Origin: Candidatus Latescibacterota bacterium
GTDB lineage: Bacteria > Latescibacterota > UBA2968 > UBA8231
Length of the DNA: 64,000 nt
Assembly (NCBI GenBank): GCA_965219385.1
Contig: CBDCNM010000002.1
Coordinates: 1,482,936 to 1,546,935 of the forward strand
Reading direction: 5' to 3'
The notes beneath the pieces were generated by a model. That model was not told the DNA's origin and did no database searches. It saw only the letters and a list, made by a program, of their open reading frames with translations. Both the position numbers and the translations under genes were made by a program. Positions 10,268 through 20,124 of the stretch are shown here, in pieces. The number at the start of each line of letters is the position of its first letter. The first letter of the stretch is position 1.

Positions 10268-11308
10268 ATGATTCGGATTGACAAGCGCGCATGGCTCGTC
10301 TTGGCGGCGTGTCTCGTCTGGGGCGATGCGCAGGTACACGCAGCCGGCCGCAACCGGGTCGGCACGGCCGCGGCGCCCGAACTGCTCATTCCGGTGGGGG
10401 CCCGCGACATGGCTTTGGGCGGCGCTTCCATCGCCACGACTTCGGGCATTGAATCGCTGTACTGGAATCCGGCGGGTTTGTCCCGGTCCGCCAATAATGT
10501 CGATTTGATGGTATCGACCATGGATTATATCGCCGGCATCCGGGTCAATTACGCGGCTCTGGGCAGCGTTTTCCCATCTTTCGGCAATTTGGCCCTGAGC
10601 ATCAAGTCGCTGGACCTAGGCGATATTCCCATCACCACCGAGACCCAGCCCGACGGGACGGGGGGTACCCTCAAGCCCATCTTCCTGACGTTGGGCGTCC
10701 ACTACGGCCGCAATCTGACCGACCGCATCAGTTTGGGCACGACGGCGCACTACGTAACTAACCGGATTGACCGGGCCGAGGCGACGGGCCTGTCCTTCAG
10801 CGCCGGGCTGCAGTATTTCGACTTGGGCGATATCGAAGGCTTGGATCTGGGCGTAGTGGTCAAGCACATCGGCCAGCGGCTCAGGTACAAGGGCTCGGCC
10901 CTGTTGAACCGGGGGCAGCTCAACTCGCTGCGCCGCGCTCCTTCTTTCTATAATATCCAGGCGAGTTCGGCCGATCTGCCTTCGACCTTTGAACTGGGTC
11001 TGGCCTATAAATATCCAGTGCAGGAGCTGGGCGAGCTCAATTTCAGTTCGGTCTTCGAGCACCAGAATTACAGCTACGACCAGTACAAGATGGGCGTCGA
11101 GTACATGTACAACGACTTCCTGGCCTTGCGCGGCGGCTTCGACTACGCCGCCGGCGCTGTGGACGACACCTACTTGTTCGGCAGCAGCTTTGGCCTGGGG
11201 TTGAATTTCGCCTCCAGCGGCAAGACCCGAGCCCGCTTGGACTACGCCTACAGCAGTGTCGATCGCTTTGACGCGCTCAACACCTTTACTTTCCAGGTGG
11301 GTTTCTAA
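10268..11308 (+). CDS. PorV/PorQ (UPF0164)-family outer-membrane beta-barrel
   Basis: LLIPVGARDMALGGA...YWNPAGL signature; C-terminal F. Confidence 0.85.
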   Translation: MIRIDKRAWLVLAACLVWGDAQVHAAGRNRVGTAAAPELLIPVGARDMALGGASIATTSGIESLYWNPAGLSRSANNVDLMVSTMDYIAGIRVNYAALGSVFPSFGNLALSIKSLDLGDIPITTETQPDGTGGTLKPIFLTLGVHYGRNLTDRISLGTTAHYVTNRIDRAEATGLSFSAGLQYFDLGDIEGLDLGVVVKHIGQRLRYKGSALLNRGQLNSLRRAPSFYNIQASSADLPSTFELGLAYKYPVQELGELNFSSVFEHQNYSYDQYKMGVEYMYNDFLALRGGFDYAAGAVDDTYLFGSSFGLGLNFASSGKTRARLDYAYSSVDRFDALNTFTFQVGF

Positions 11309-11317
11309 ACCGACACC

Positions 11318-11469
11318 CACAGGGTTGGCGCCAGCACCACCCTGATAGACCATGCCCATCAGCATTTCATCTACTTCGCCGGCCTCCACTTGACTCTCGG
11401 CGGCAGGGTCCTTGAGCGCACCGCCAAAACGGCCCGTGGCCGTGCGCTGACTACGACTGGATCTGCCAT
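11318..11469 (-). pseudogene. Thiolase (acetyl-CoA acetyltransferase) N-terminal remnant
   Basis: MADPVVVSA / RTATGRFGGALKD ... VDEMLMGMVYQGGAGANP, with a frameshift and an internal deletion. Confidence 0.65.
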
Positions 11470-11528
11470 GGTTCCAGCATCCAACCACTCTATGAAATCC
11501 CACACCTCATCTACCATATCGACATCCA

Positions 11529-11957
11529 TCACTCCTCCTCAAACCCCTGACTAGTAAACTTCAGCGCCCGACCATTCTCGGCAACAATCCGAACAACCCC
11601 CTCGGGAACACCGGAAGCCACTTCGGCTTCAATCTCCAGCGTCACTTTAATATGCGCCCCGACTAAACCTGCTAGGTGGGAAATCACTTCTTCAGCAATC
11701 TGGCCGGCATCGCGCCCCACGCGATTGGCATCGAGCTCAACGGAGCCATAAAACCGCTTGAGCCGTTTTGCGGTTGCAGGGGGTTGCGCTAAAATAACAG
11801 GGGCATCGGGGCCGGCAAGAGCAGCGGATTCTTATCCCCTTTTTCCCACAGGCTATGAATGACCGCCGCCATGAGGCGCAGCACATCGCCCGGACTGGTC
11901 GCCCGGGCATCGTCTTGGGCAATTTTGTCGAAGGCCTTTTTACCCCCCAACTGCCAG
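11529..11957 (-). pseudogene. Collapsed DUF499-family ATPase gene (non-contiguous pieces)
   Basis: WQLGGKKAF..ATSPGDVLR fused to LMAAVIHSLWEKGDKNPL, then C-terminal KRFYGSVELD..RVGRDAGQIAEEVISHL..FEEE. Confidence 0.7.
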
Positions 11958-12240
11958 ATTAGACTTCATATTGATTGTGAAAAGCCCCTTTGATGCTCCC
12001 TTGATCTTCCGTTCGAGCTGCTTTAGTTCCGGGGCAAGTGCAACATTCGTAGCTACCGCCGCCACATGATCGCTCTGCGCTTGGGTAAGCCAACATTGCT
12101 GTCCCTTGTAGCCACAGTAAGGACAGTACGAAACAGGTTCTTGGCTTCCTTCGCCAAATATGACTTTGAATCGCTGTTGGCAAGACGGACATTCCTGCGA
12201 AAGGAAGCCGTCGGTATCGGCGGGAAAATTTACCTTCAAT
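11958..12240 (-). pseudogene. Truncated zinc-ribbon protein
   Basis: DGFLSQECPSC...YCPYCG (two CxxC pairs); runs directly into the DUF499 remnant. Confidence 0.5.
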
Positions 12241-12249
12241 TCGTTCTCC

Positions 12250-15126
12250 TTAACCTTCTCCGAACAGCCCGCCTTGCTCGGGCGGTGCATCCTGCCGCGC
12301 CAGGCGCGCGATTCCCGGCCAACTCTGGACCAAGGCATTGTAGGACAGCGCTTCCGCGGCGCGGCTTTTGCGCTCGCAGACGGTGTAGAGGCGGTAGGCC
12401 AGTTCGCGGGCGGTCTCGGCGACGCCGCCGAGTTGCCTGACGAGCCGTGCGGCCCCGGTCTCGCCGCCCGATTCCAGAAGACGCACGAGGTGGTGGACCA
12501 CCTCCCACACGGTGAGCCGGGCGTCGGTCGCTGGGTCCCAGTCGTCGGCCAATTCGTCCGGGCGCAGCAGGCGCACCTTGCCCGCGCTGGAGGCGAGGAT
12601 GCCGCCCTCGACGATGCCGGCGATGCTGGTGTTCTTCGCCGTGGACAGGGTTTCGGCCACGCCGTACTCGCCCTCGTCGAAGCCCTGCTGCTCGAACCAT
12701 GCCAAAGCCCAGCGGCTGTCGGCGTCAAAGTCGCCTTCCTGCTCGGCCAGCACTTCGTCGAGTATCTGGTTAATGAGCGCCAGGGCCTCGCGCACCGAGA
12801 CCGGCTTGCCCTTGGCGTCGAGCACCTTAGCGTAGCGGGTGAACACCGCCATGCCGGGACCGATGGCGGCCTGGGTGAGATCAACCGGGGCGATGTTACC
12901 GGCTTGCAGGCGGGCGAGGGCAGCGGGAAGCTCGTCCCTCAACGCGGCAACGAATTCGCGGCGGGTGGCCAGCGACGCGCCGGCAGGGCGCTGCCGGCAG
13001 ACGAGGACGATGGAGGAGGCCAGAGCGTTGGTATCCATGCCAATCATGCGGTTGCCGAGCTCGGTGCGCATCGGCCAAGTGCCTGTGACGGCGAAGCCCG
13101 ACTGGATCACCGCAGCCAGGAAAGTCTCCCAGCCGGTGCTGAAAATCCCGGAGTTTCCTTTGGTCGCGGACTGCTTGAAGGCGTAGTAGATGGAGACCGG
13201 GAAGCCGGGGTGCGCTTGCTCGGCAAGGCGGCGCATCGCTTGGCCCATGCCGTCGAGAAAGAAGGTCTCCGCTTTGTCCTTGCTGCCGTGTCGATAAGGC
13301 GTTGCGACCAGTTCTTCGGCCTTCGGTACAGCCACCGTGGCAAAGAGGTCGGGAAAGATTGGCCTGAGCGACCGACGCAGCCACACGTAAAAAAAATCTG
13401 ACAGATCGGCGTAACCTATGTTGTCGTAATATGGAGGATCTGTAGAGATCAGCTTTCCCTTGCTAACAACCTGTATTTGGGCGCTATCTTGACGCACAGC
13501 ACCCAGTCCATACGCAGGCATCTTATCGAGTGCCTTCGCCATGTTCCCAAGGCTTACCATGTAGTCGCCCGCAACGCTACCAAACACGTTGTTCTCGGCG
13601 AAGTCCCAAAGCATTGGAATCGCTTGCCGACCGAAGAGATTTCGCACCTGCGTTTTCGTGACTTCCCAGCGGCAGAGGGCATTGCATATGTCAGTTAGCC
13701 GACTGAGCGCGACTCCCAGATACACCCCCACCGCCTCGGTATACGCCGTCGCTCCCGCGCCTCCATCCCGCAGCGGCCGCTCGTCCTTGGGTAAATCGGC
13801 GTTGGTGGCATCCCGTTCGACGCGCTCCATCGCTTCCGCCACCAAGTCGGAGAAGGTGGTCAGGGCGACGAGTTGGCGAGGGGTGAAGAGGTCGGCCCAC
13901 GTGAAGAAGCCGTATCCGCGACCGCTCACCAAGTCGCGTGTATCCCGGTTCATCGGTTGGTCTGGCTTCCACTCCGGTTCTGTTTGTCGGACAATTTCCT
14001 CGTGGTCCGGCGTCGGCGACAGATATACCCGGCCCCTGTCGCCTGCGGCCACGGTCGCCATCAGCCTTGCCCCCATGCGTCCGGCCATGCTTTCAGCCTT
14101 GATGTAGGGATCGTTGAGAACAGCACCGGACATCGCGCAGCGGAAGTTCGCGCCGCGTGCCAGCTTCGTCCCAGCCTTCGCCGCCTCCGCATCCTCCGGC
14201 TTTCCTACCTTCACCACAAACCGATACCCACGCCCCTCGATCACCGGCTCGACGTACGCCTCCTTCCCCTTCTTCGTCGAGAGCATAAAGGTGGAGGCCA
14301 GCGGCACCTCCACATCGGCAAACGCCGGATTCGGGCATTTCACCGTCCGTGCCCACAGCCAGGCGATCACCGTCAGCTTACGCCCTTGGTACTGCCTGAG
14401 ATCGGGACGCTCCAGCACCATTTCCTCGGTGACCTCGGCATGGGGATACAGATGCCCGATGCGGCGCTCGGCTTCATCGCGCATCCACTGGCCATAGTAG
14501 CGCACATCCTCGGCCAGCCCCTGCGCCCCCTTCCATTCACGCTCAATCAGCCTCCTTTCCTCGCGGGACGCCGGATTCACCGGCGACTGACCGGCGAACT
14601 TAGGCGGGATCTCGATCATGGCCTTGTTGATGAGCACCGCCACTGGATTGAGGTCGCTGGCATGAGCCTCAAGCCCCAACCGCTGCGCTTCCAGCGGCAA
14701 GGTACCGCCGCCAGCAAACGGATCGTGAAAGGCCGGCAGCTCGTCCGGGTCGAACAGTTCGGCGGCACGCGGGTGATCGGCATGGTCGGCGCAGGTCCGC
14801 CGCCAGCTCTTGCGAATTTCGTCGCGGGCTTGCTGCAACACCCTCTCGTTAGTGGTGTTCTCCCAGAGGACCAGCTCTTTCAGGATGCCGAACAGCCGCT
14901 CGCGCTCCTTTTCCTGGTCGGCCTCCGTAGGGAACAGATCGGGGCTGGCCGACGGATCATCGACCATCTGGGCAAAGATCACCGCCCGCGCCACCGCCAA
15001 CGGCCGCCGCGCCCACCACAGATGCAGCGTACTCGGGTGCCCATGCCGAATAGACTTCTCCCGCGCCGAGGCGGCGTTGATCGCGTCGAGGGGCAGGGCG
15101 ACTTCAATGAGCTTTTTGCGGGTCAT
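12250..15126 (-). CDS. DUF1156-family adenine-specific DNA methyltransferase
   Basis: [28 protein letters not shown] (SAM binding), TDPPYYDNI (catalytic); apparently full length. Confidence 0.92.
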   Translation of the reverse strand: MTRKKLIEVALPLDAINAASAREKSIRHGHPSTLHLWWARRPLAVARAVIFAQMVDDPSASPDLFPTEADQEKERERLFGILKELVLWENTTNERVLQQARDEIRKSWRRTCADHADHPRAAELFDPDELPAFHDPFAGGGTLPLEAQRLGLEAHASDLNPVAVLINKAMIEIPPKFAGQSPVNPASREERRLIEREWKGAQGLAEDVRYYGQWMRDEAERRIGHLYPHAEVTEEMVLERPDLRQYQGRKLTVIAWLWARTVKCPNPAFADVEVPLASTFMLSTKKGKEAYVEPVIEGRGYRFVVKVGKPEDAEAAKAGTKLARGANFRCAMSGAVLNDPYIKAESMAGRMGARLMATVAAGDRGRVYLSPTPDHEEIVRQTEPEWKPDQPMNRDTRDLVSGRGYGFFTWADLFTPRQLVALTTFSDLVAEAMERVERDATNADLPKDERPLRDGGAGATAYTEAVGVYLGVALSRLTDICNALCRWEVTKTQVRNLFGRQAIPMLWDFAENNVFGSVAGDYMVSLGNMAKALDKMPAYGLGAVRQDSAQIQVVSKGKLISTDPPYYDNIGYADLSDFFYVWLRRSLRPIFPDLFATVAVPKAEELVATPYRHGSKDKAETFFLDGMGQAMRRLAEQAHPGFPVSIYYAFKQSATKGNSGIFSTGWETFLAAVIQSGFAVTGTWPMRTELGNRMIGMDTNALASSIVLVCRQRPAGASLATRREFVAALRDELPAALARLQAGNIAPVDLTQAAIGPGMAVFTRYAKVLDAKGKPVSVREALALINQILDEVLAEQEGDFDADSRWALAWFEQQGFDEGEYGVAETLSTAKNTSIAGIVEGGILASSAGKVRLLRPDELADDWDPATDARLTVWEVVHHLVRLLESGGETGAARLVRQLGGVAETARELAYRLYTVCERKSRAAEALSYNALVQSWPGIARLARQDAPPEQGGLFGEG

Positions 15127-15357
15127 GTTTTTCCGGTAGCGAAGGGCACAGGCGACCCCGGTGCCGTCCAGTTCCTCGATTCTTAGGCCAAGCTTGAGCA
15201 AATTATCGCCCCCGTGGTTTTTTAATTCGCGTTCGTACAAAAGGTCCGGGACGGCAAACTTGAACGGGAGGAGGAAGCCAGCCTCCAGCAACGCCCCGCG
15301 CTCAAGATCAATCAGGATGGACGTGTCGGAGACCAGCACCTTCATTGGCTTCATCAT
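15127..15357 (-). pseudogene. PIN-domain protein N-terminal half, in frame with the methyltransferase
   Basis: [29 protein letters not shown]-terminal acidic PIN residues missing. Confidence 0.7.
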
Positions 15358-15468
15358 ACCCCAGGCCTGGCGGCTCCTCCATGCGCTGGTTCAGTCAACT
15401 AAAATACATAATTCCCCAACGTTGCCAAGGAACGGCTCCGTCTCTTACGACGGCTTTCGCGGAGCTTG

Positions 15469-15520
15469 GCGGCGGCCAATATCTTCGTCGGCCAGACCGA
15501 GGCCCCGCTGGTGGTGCGCC
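15469..15520 (+). repeat. 52-bp exact copy of internal nupC sequence (20530-20581)
   Basis: GCGGCGGCCAATATCTTCGTCGGCCAGACCGAGGCCCCGCTGGTGGTGCGCC present at both sites. Confidence 0.9.
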
Positions 15521-15658
15521 TGCAAGTCCTCGGCTAGCGTGTGGAGGATTTGCTCCAAGGTGCCATAGATATCTATATTGACACAGAACAACTAAAAGCA
15601 GGCTATCCAAGCTGCGAATCGATTCCTCCCCACACTCTTATACCCATGAGGAATCTCA

Positions 15659-18600
15659 ATGCCGGCGCATCGCCTTCGCTTTTCGCCTCTTTTTCCCATC
15701 CTACTCTGGGTTGTCCTGCTCGGCGGGTCCAGTGGGGCCCAGTCCCAGGCCACCACCGGCGTAATCCGCGGCTCTGTCTGGGACCAGTTTGGCAACCCCA
15801 TCGTCGAGGCCGCCATCGCGCTCAAGGAGACCCGGACCAACTACGAGCGCACCCTTACCTCGTCCGCTCTGGGGCTGTTCACCGCGACCTTGTTGCCCCT
15901 CGGTTTCTACGACGTGACGGTACAGGCGGCTGGACGGGCCGAAGTGCGGCAGACCGGGGTGCAGGTGCGAGTCGGCGAAACCGTGGAATTGATCGTCAAA
16001 ATGGTGCCGCAGCTGGAGGAGATGGTCGTCGAGGCGGCCTTGCCCACGGTGAACATAACCCAGAGCGAGCCGGCCACGCGCCTGCCCGAAGAGGCGGTGC
16101 GGGACTTGCCCAACAATGGGCGCAACTTCCTCAACCTGACGCTGTTGACCCCGGGCGTGGCCATTGTCCAGGGCCCCGACGGCGACGAGCTCAGCATTGC
16201 CGGACAGCGCGGCATTCACAACAACATCTCGGTGGATGGCGCCGATTTCAACAATCCCTTCTTCGGCGAGCAGCGCGGCGGCCAGCGCCCGGCCTTCACC
16301 TTTAACTTGGACGCGGTGGAGGAAATGGTGGTGGTGCCCCAGGGGGCCAACGCCGAATTCGGTCGCTCCAGCGGCGGCTTTGTCAACGTCATCACCAAGT
16401 CGGGCACCAACCAATTGCACGGCTCGCTGCATTTCTTCGGCAAGAACGACGCCCTGTCGGGGACGGCCAGGCACGAGGGGTTGGAGCGCACGCCCGATTT
16501 CAGCCAGGGGCAGTTCGGCTTCACCTTGGGCGGGCCTCTGATAAAGGACAAGGCCTTTTTCTTCACCGCCTACGACCAGCAGGTTTTCAGAGACACCAGG
16601 CAGGACGATAGCGAGCGCATCGATGCCCGGCTGCGCACCTTCATGGACACGCAATTCAACGGGGCCCTGGCCGGCGACTACGGGCCCATCGACCGCACCA
16701 ACGACGCCCGCGCTTTTCTCGCCAAGATCGATTACCACCTGTCGGATGAACACTACGCCACCTGCAAATACAATTACACCTGGTCCGAACAGGAAAACGG
16801 CACCTTTGATGTGGATTCGTGGACCCGTAGTGCCAATGCGGTCGAGAAGGACTGGTCACACGCCTTCAACGGCAGCCTGCTGTCGCTGCTGTCCGCCACC
16901 GCGACCAACGAGTTTCGCTTCCAAATCTCCCGCGAGGATCGCCCGCGTCCCTACAGAGGACCGCACAACCCCAACACCGGGCGGCCCTTCCCCGATACGG
17001 GCATGGATATCGTCCACGGCTACCGTTTTGGCCTGCCTTTCTTCATTCCGGTCGAGTACTACGACACCCGCATCCAGGTACTCGACAACATCTCCGTGGC
17101 CAGGGGCGATCACCTGATCAAAGCCGGGGTCGAGTGGAACCGGGTCGAATCGGTGCAGACCTTCATTGGTTTTGCCAATGGCCGCTACATCTTCAGCTCG
17201 GTGGACGGCTTTCTCAACTTCGTCGACCAAGGCAACGGCTACGTCGAATGCTCCGATGGCAGCACCAGCACTACCGGGGCCTGCCCCGACGGGACGGATA
17301 TCACCGGCCCCGTCCTGTTCTATTTGCAGCAGTCCGGCGTCGGCGGCCTGATCGTGGAAGAAGCGGGCACGCAGGGTATCCCGCAGCACGAATTGGCCCT
17401 GTTTGTGCAGGATGGCTGGAAACCTTCGAACAAGCTGACGCTCAATTACGGGCTGCGCTGGGAGGCGCAGATTCAGCCCGATGTGATCACCGCTCCAGAC
17501 GAGGTGTTCTTCGCCGATTTCATTGGCCAAACCACGACCAGCGAAACGGGCGCGTACGAGTTCCCCTCCAACGGCAAAATTCCCTCCGACTGGGATATGT
17601 TCCAGCCGCGGGTAGGGGTGGCCTACGATGTGCAGGGCGACAACAGGACCTTGGTGCGCGGCAGCGCCGGGATTTACTACGCCCGCATCCCGGGCTTGAA
17701 CCTGGCCAGCACGCGCTCGACCAACGGCTCGCGCGGGCAATCCATTTTCCGCTCCAGCGCCCTGACGCCCGTTTTGGGGCCGCCACCGACCTACGGCGAA
17801 TTGTTGCCCGCGGCCACCGGCGCTCCCTTCCGGCCCAATATCTTTGTCTTCGACCAGGACTTTGAGAACCCGCGCACCATCAGTGCGAATGTGGGTATTG
17901 AACGCGAGTTGCAGCCGCGGGGTTTGGTCGGCTCCTTTGGCTACACATACGCCCGCGCCGACCAGCTGACGCGCTTTGTCAACCGCAACGACGCGGTCTT
18001 CGGTTCTCCTTGGTCGACGGGCCTGGGGACCGATGGCAGCAACGGTATCGGCGATTTGACCGTGGTCGAGAGCACGGCCAAGTCGCGCTACCACGGCCTC
18101 AATTTCGGCTTGCGGCAGATGGTGCAGGACGATGTGCAGTTCCAGATCAACTATACATTGTCATGGGACAAGTCCGACGACGACAACGAGCGCGATCCCT
18201 TCACCTTCCGCTACGTCGATGCAACCCGGTTGGAACGCGAGTGGGGCTATTCGGACCGCGACCAGCGCCACCGCTTCAATGGGTGGGCCCTGGCCGCATT
18301 GCCCGGCGGGGTCTTGCTCAACCAGCGCTTGAGCTACTATTCGGCACAGCCGGTCTCCGCATCCTGCGCGGGCCATCCCTCCACCAACCCGTGGGGCGCC
18401 GCTTCCGACCGCATTTGCGGCGACGGCAGCATTATCGAGCGCAACACCCTGCGCAAGGACAACGAGGTCTTCTCATGGGACGTGCGCCTGTCGCGCCCCA
18501 TCTTGGTGGGCAACGGCCAGTTGGAGGCCATTGTCGAGGTCTTCAACCTGCTCAACACGGATAATTTCCGCGACCCCTCCAGCGCCGGTCTGCTGTTCAA

Positions 18601-18673
18601 TTTCGACGGCACGGTGCAGTCGGGCCTGGGCGATCCGCGCCAAGTGCAGGTCGGCTTGCGCTACGCCTATTGA
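15659..18673 (+). CDS. TonB-dependent receptor (Oar-like)
   Basis: LPNNGRNFLNL, AEFGRSSGGFVNVITKSGTN, LNYGLRWE, C-terminal PRQVQVGLRYAY. Confidence 0.92.
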   Translation: MPAHRLRFSPLFPILLWVVLLGGSSGAQSQATTGVIRGSVWDQFGNPIVEAAIALKETRTNYERTLTSSALGLFTATLLPLGFYDVTVQAAGRAEVRQTGVQVRVGETVELIVKMVPQLEEMVVEAALPTVNITQSEPATRLPEEAVRDLPNNGRNFLNLTLLTPGVAIVQGPDGDELSIAGQRGIHNNISVDGADFNNPFFGEQRGGQRPAFTFNLDAVEEMVVVPQGANAEFGRSSGGFVNVITKSGTNQLHGSLHFFGKNDALSGTARHEGLERTPDFSQGQFGFTLGGPLIKDKAFFFTAYDQQVFRDTRQDDSERIDARLRTFMDTQFNGALAGDYGPIDRTNDARAFLAKIDYHLSDEHYATCKYNYTWSEQENGTFDVDSWTRSANAVEKDWSHAFNGSLLSLLSATATNEFRFQISREDRPRPYRGPHNPNTGRPFPDTGMDIVHGYRFGLPFFIPVEYYDTRIQVLDNISVARGDHLIKAGVEWNRVESVQTFIGFANGRYIFSSVDGFLNFVDQGNGYVECSDGSTSTTGACPDGTDITGPVLFYLQQSGVGGLIVEEAGTQGIPQHELALFVQDGWKPSNKLTLNYGLRWEAQIQPDVITAPDEVFFADFIGQTTTSETGAYEFPSNGKIPSDWDMFQPRVGVAYDVQGDNRTLVRGSAGIYYARIPGLNLASTRSTNGSRGQSIFRSSALTPVLGPPPTYGELLPAATGAPFRPNIFVFDQDFENPRTISANVGIERELQPRGLVGSFGYTYARADQLTRFVNRNDAVFGSPWSTGLGTDGSNGIGDLTVVESTAKSRYHGLNFGLRQMVQDDVQFQINYTLSWDKSDDDNERDPFTFRYVDATRLEREWGYSDRDQRHRFNGWALAALPGGVLLNQRLSYYSAQPVSASCAGHPSTNPWGAASDRICGDGSIIERNTLRKDNEVFSWDVRLSRPILVGNGQLEAIVEVFNLLNTDNFRDPSSAGLLFNFDGTVQSGLGDPRQVQVGLRYAY

Positions 18674-18855
18674 GCGCGCGATGCGGTGGAATTGAAGCAA
18701 AAAGGGCGGGACTCGACTACAACATACAGCTAGGTTGGGTGGAATTGCGGAGCGAATGATGAAGGAAATTGATAAGCCACCAACGCTTTTGGGGGGAAAC
18801 TCCCTCGGAAAGGCATTGGTTCGTCCAACATCTCATAACCCGAAGGAGTAATATC

Positions 18856-19302
18856 ATGATGGCAATCGTTCTGCTGCTTGTGCTGGTGTCCACCGCTTTC
18901 GCGGATGAATACACGCCGGTTGACTGGATCCAAGTGACTGAAGATGGAGGAATCGAAGTGAAGGTGGGCATTTTCAACCTTAGCACAGGGAACGCAGGGT
19001 GCATTGAGATCCAAAATATCACCATTAACAACGTGACGTATTCTGTCGCCACGTCCAAGTGGCAGATGCGCGGAGAGGACTCCGAATGGATTGATGTGCC
19101 GGGAACAGAGCACACCGGCGCAATCTGCGGCATTGGCACGATTCCCGAAATGCCAGGCGAGTACCGGCCGGTTTCGGAGGTCGAAGTCGACGGGGTAATA
19201 GAGAAATACACGAGTGGGAATACCCTGGTAGTAGCCGGCGATGCTGAGACAGCGGTCGAGGCCATCACTTGGGGATCGCTCAAATTGAGGGCGACGCGCT
19301 GA
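18856..19302 (+). CDS. Small secreted protein with C-terminal AVxxxTWGxLK motif
   Basis: AGGAG RBS, signal peptide, ends TAVEAITWGSLKLRATR. Confidence 0.75.
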   Translation: MMAIVLLLVLVSTAFADEYTPVDWIQVTEDGGIEVKVGIFNLSTGNAGCIEIQNITINNVTYSVATSKWQMRGEDSEWIDVPGTEHTGAICGIGTIPEMPGEYRPVSEVEVDGVIEKYTSGNTLVVAGDAETAVEAITWGSLKLRATR

Positions 19303-19434
19303 CCTAGGCGGCCACTTCGAGCACACCGGCATCCTTGCGGGAAAGGAGCACGGCGTTCACGTACCCGTACCCCTTTCCTGCAAACAACGTGTAAAAAGGC
19401 GGAAGCACGCCCAAAGGAAAGGCTTGTAATCAGC

Positions 19435-19610
19435 CTGTACGCATAGAATTTCCACTCCCCCGATTGCCCTCGTGCGGGTCGCTCACCGATGAGCCAACCC
19501 AACTGCTGAGGCTGTCCTTCCCGCGTTCGATAGGCCCGGATGGCCCCAAATTTCTTGCGCAACCAGCCCTTGGTACCCTCTCGCCAGGCGATCGTCTTCC
19601 CGCTCGACAA
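19435..19610 (-). pseudogene. IS701-family transposase fragment
   Basis: IAWREGTKGWLRKKF...GWLIGERP..GEWKFY. Confidence 0.55.
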
Positions 19611-20124
19611 GGCCCCGCCACCCCATAGTCCTTTTCCTGTTTTTCCAAGCCGGCCAGAAAGGTGCAAGGAAAGGAAACGAAGAGAGGAGATCAATCGCGA
19701 TGCATCTCAAGCCCATTTTTCTCGAGCAGCATCGTTTGACGGAGATCTTGTTTCGGCGCTCGGTTATAGCGTGATGTCGAGAGGGGTTTGGGTCTCACAA
19801 GGCGCTGAAGGCGCGCGGCGGTATCGGCCATCCGCCGCCTGTCGGCATTGTCGATCGCCTCGGCCCTCAACGGATGATGACGCACTCCGGGGGTTCAAAA
19901 AAGGATGCCCCGGCCCCGGAGGTTGAAATCGGAACGCTGTTCGGGGTCTCCCGCCGGGCAGCCGTGGATGTTGCCGGCGAAATTTGGGACGAAAGTTTCA
20001 CTCAGCACCGAAGGAGCTTCCGGCTCCGGCAAGGGCGGTGGCCCAGGTTTTCGCCGAGGCAGGCATCGCCGGCATCGCGCCCGTCGTGGAGTGGCCGGAA
20101 GTCACTGAGAGGAAGCGGGTACGG

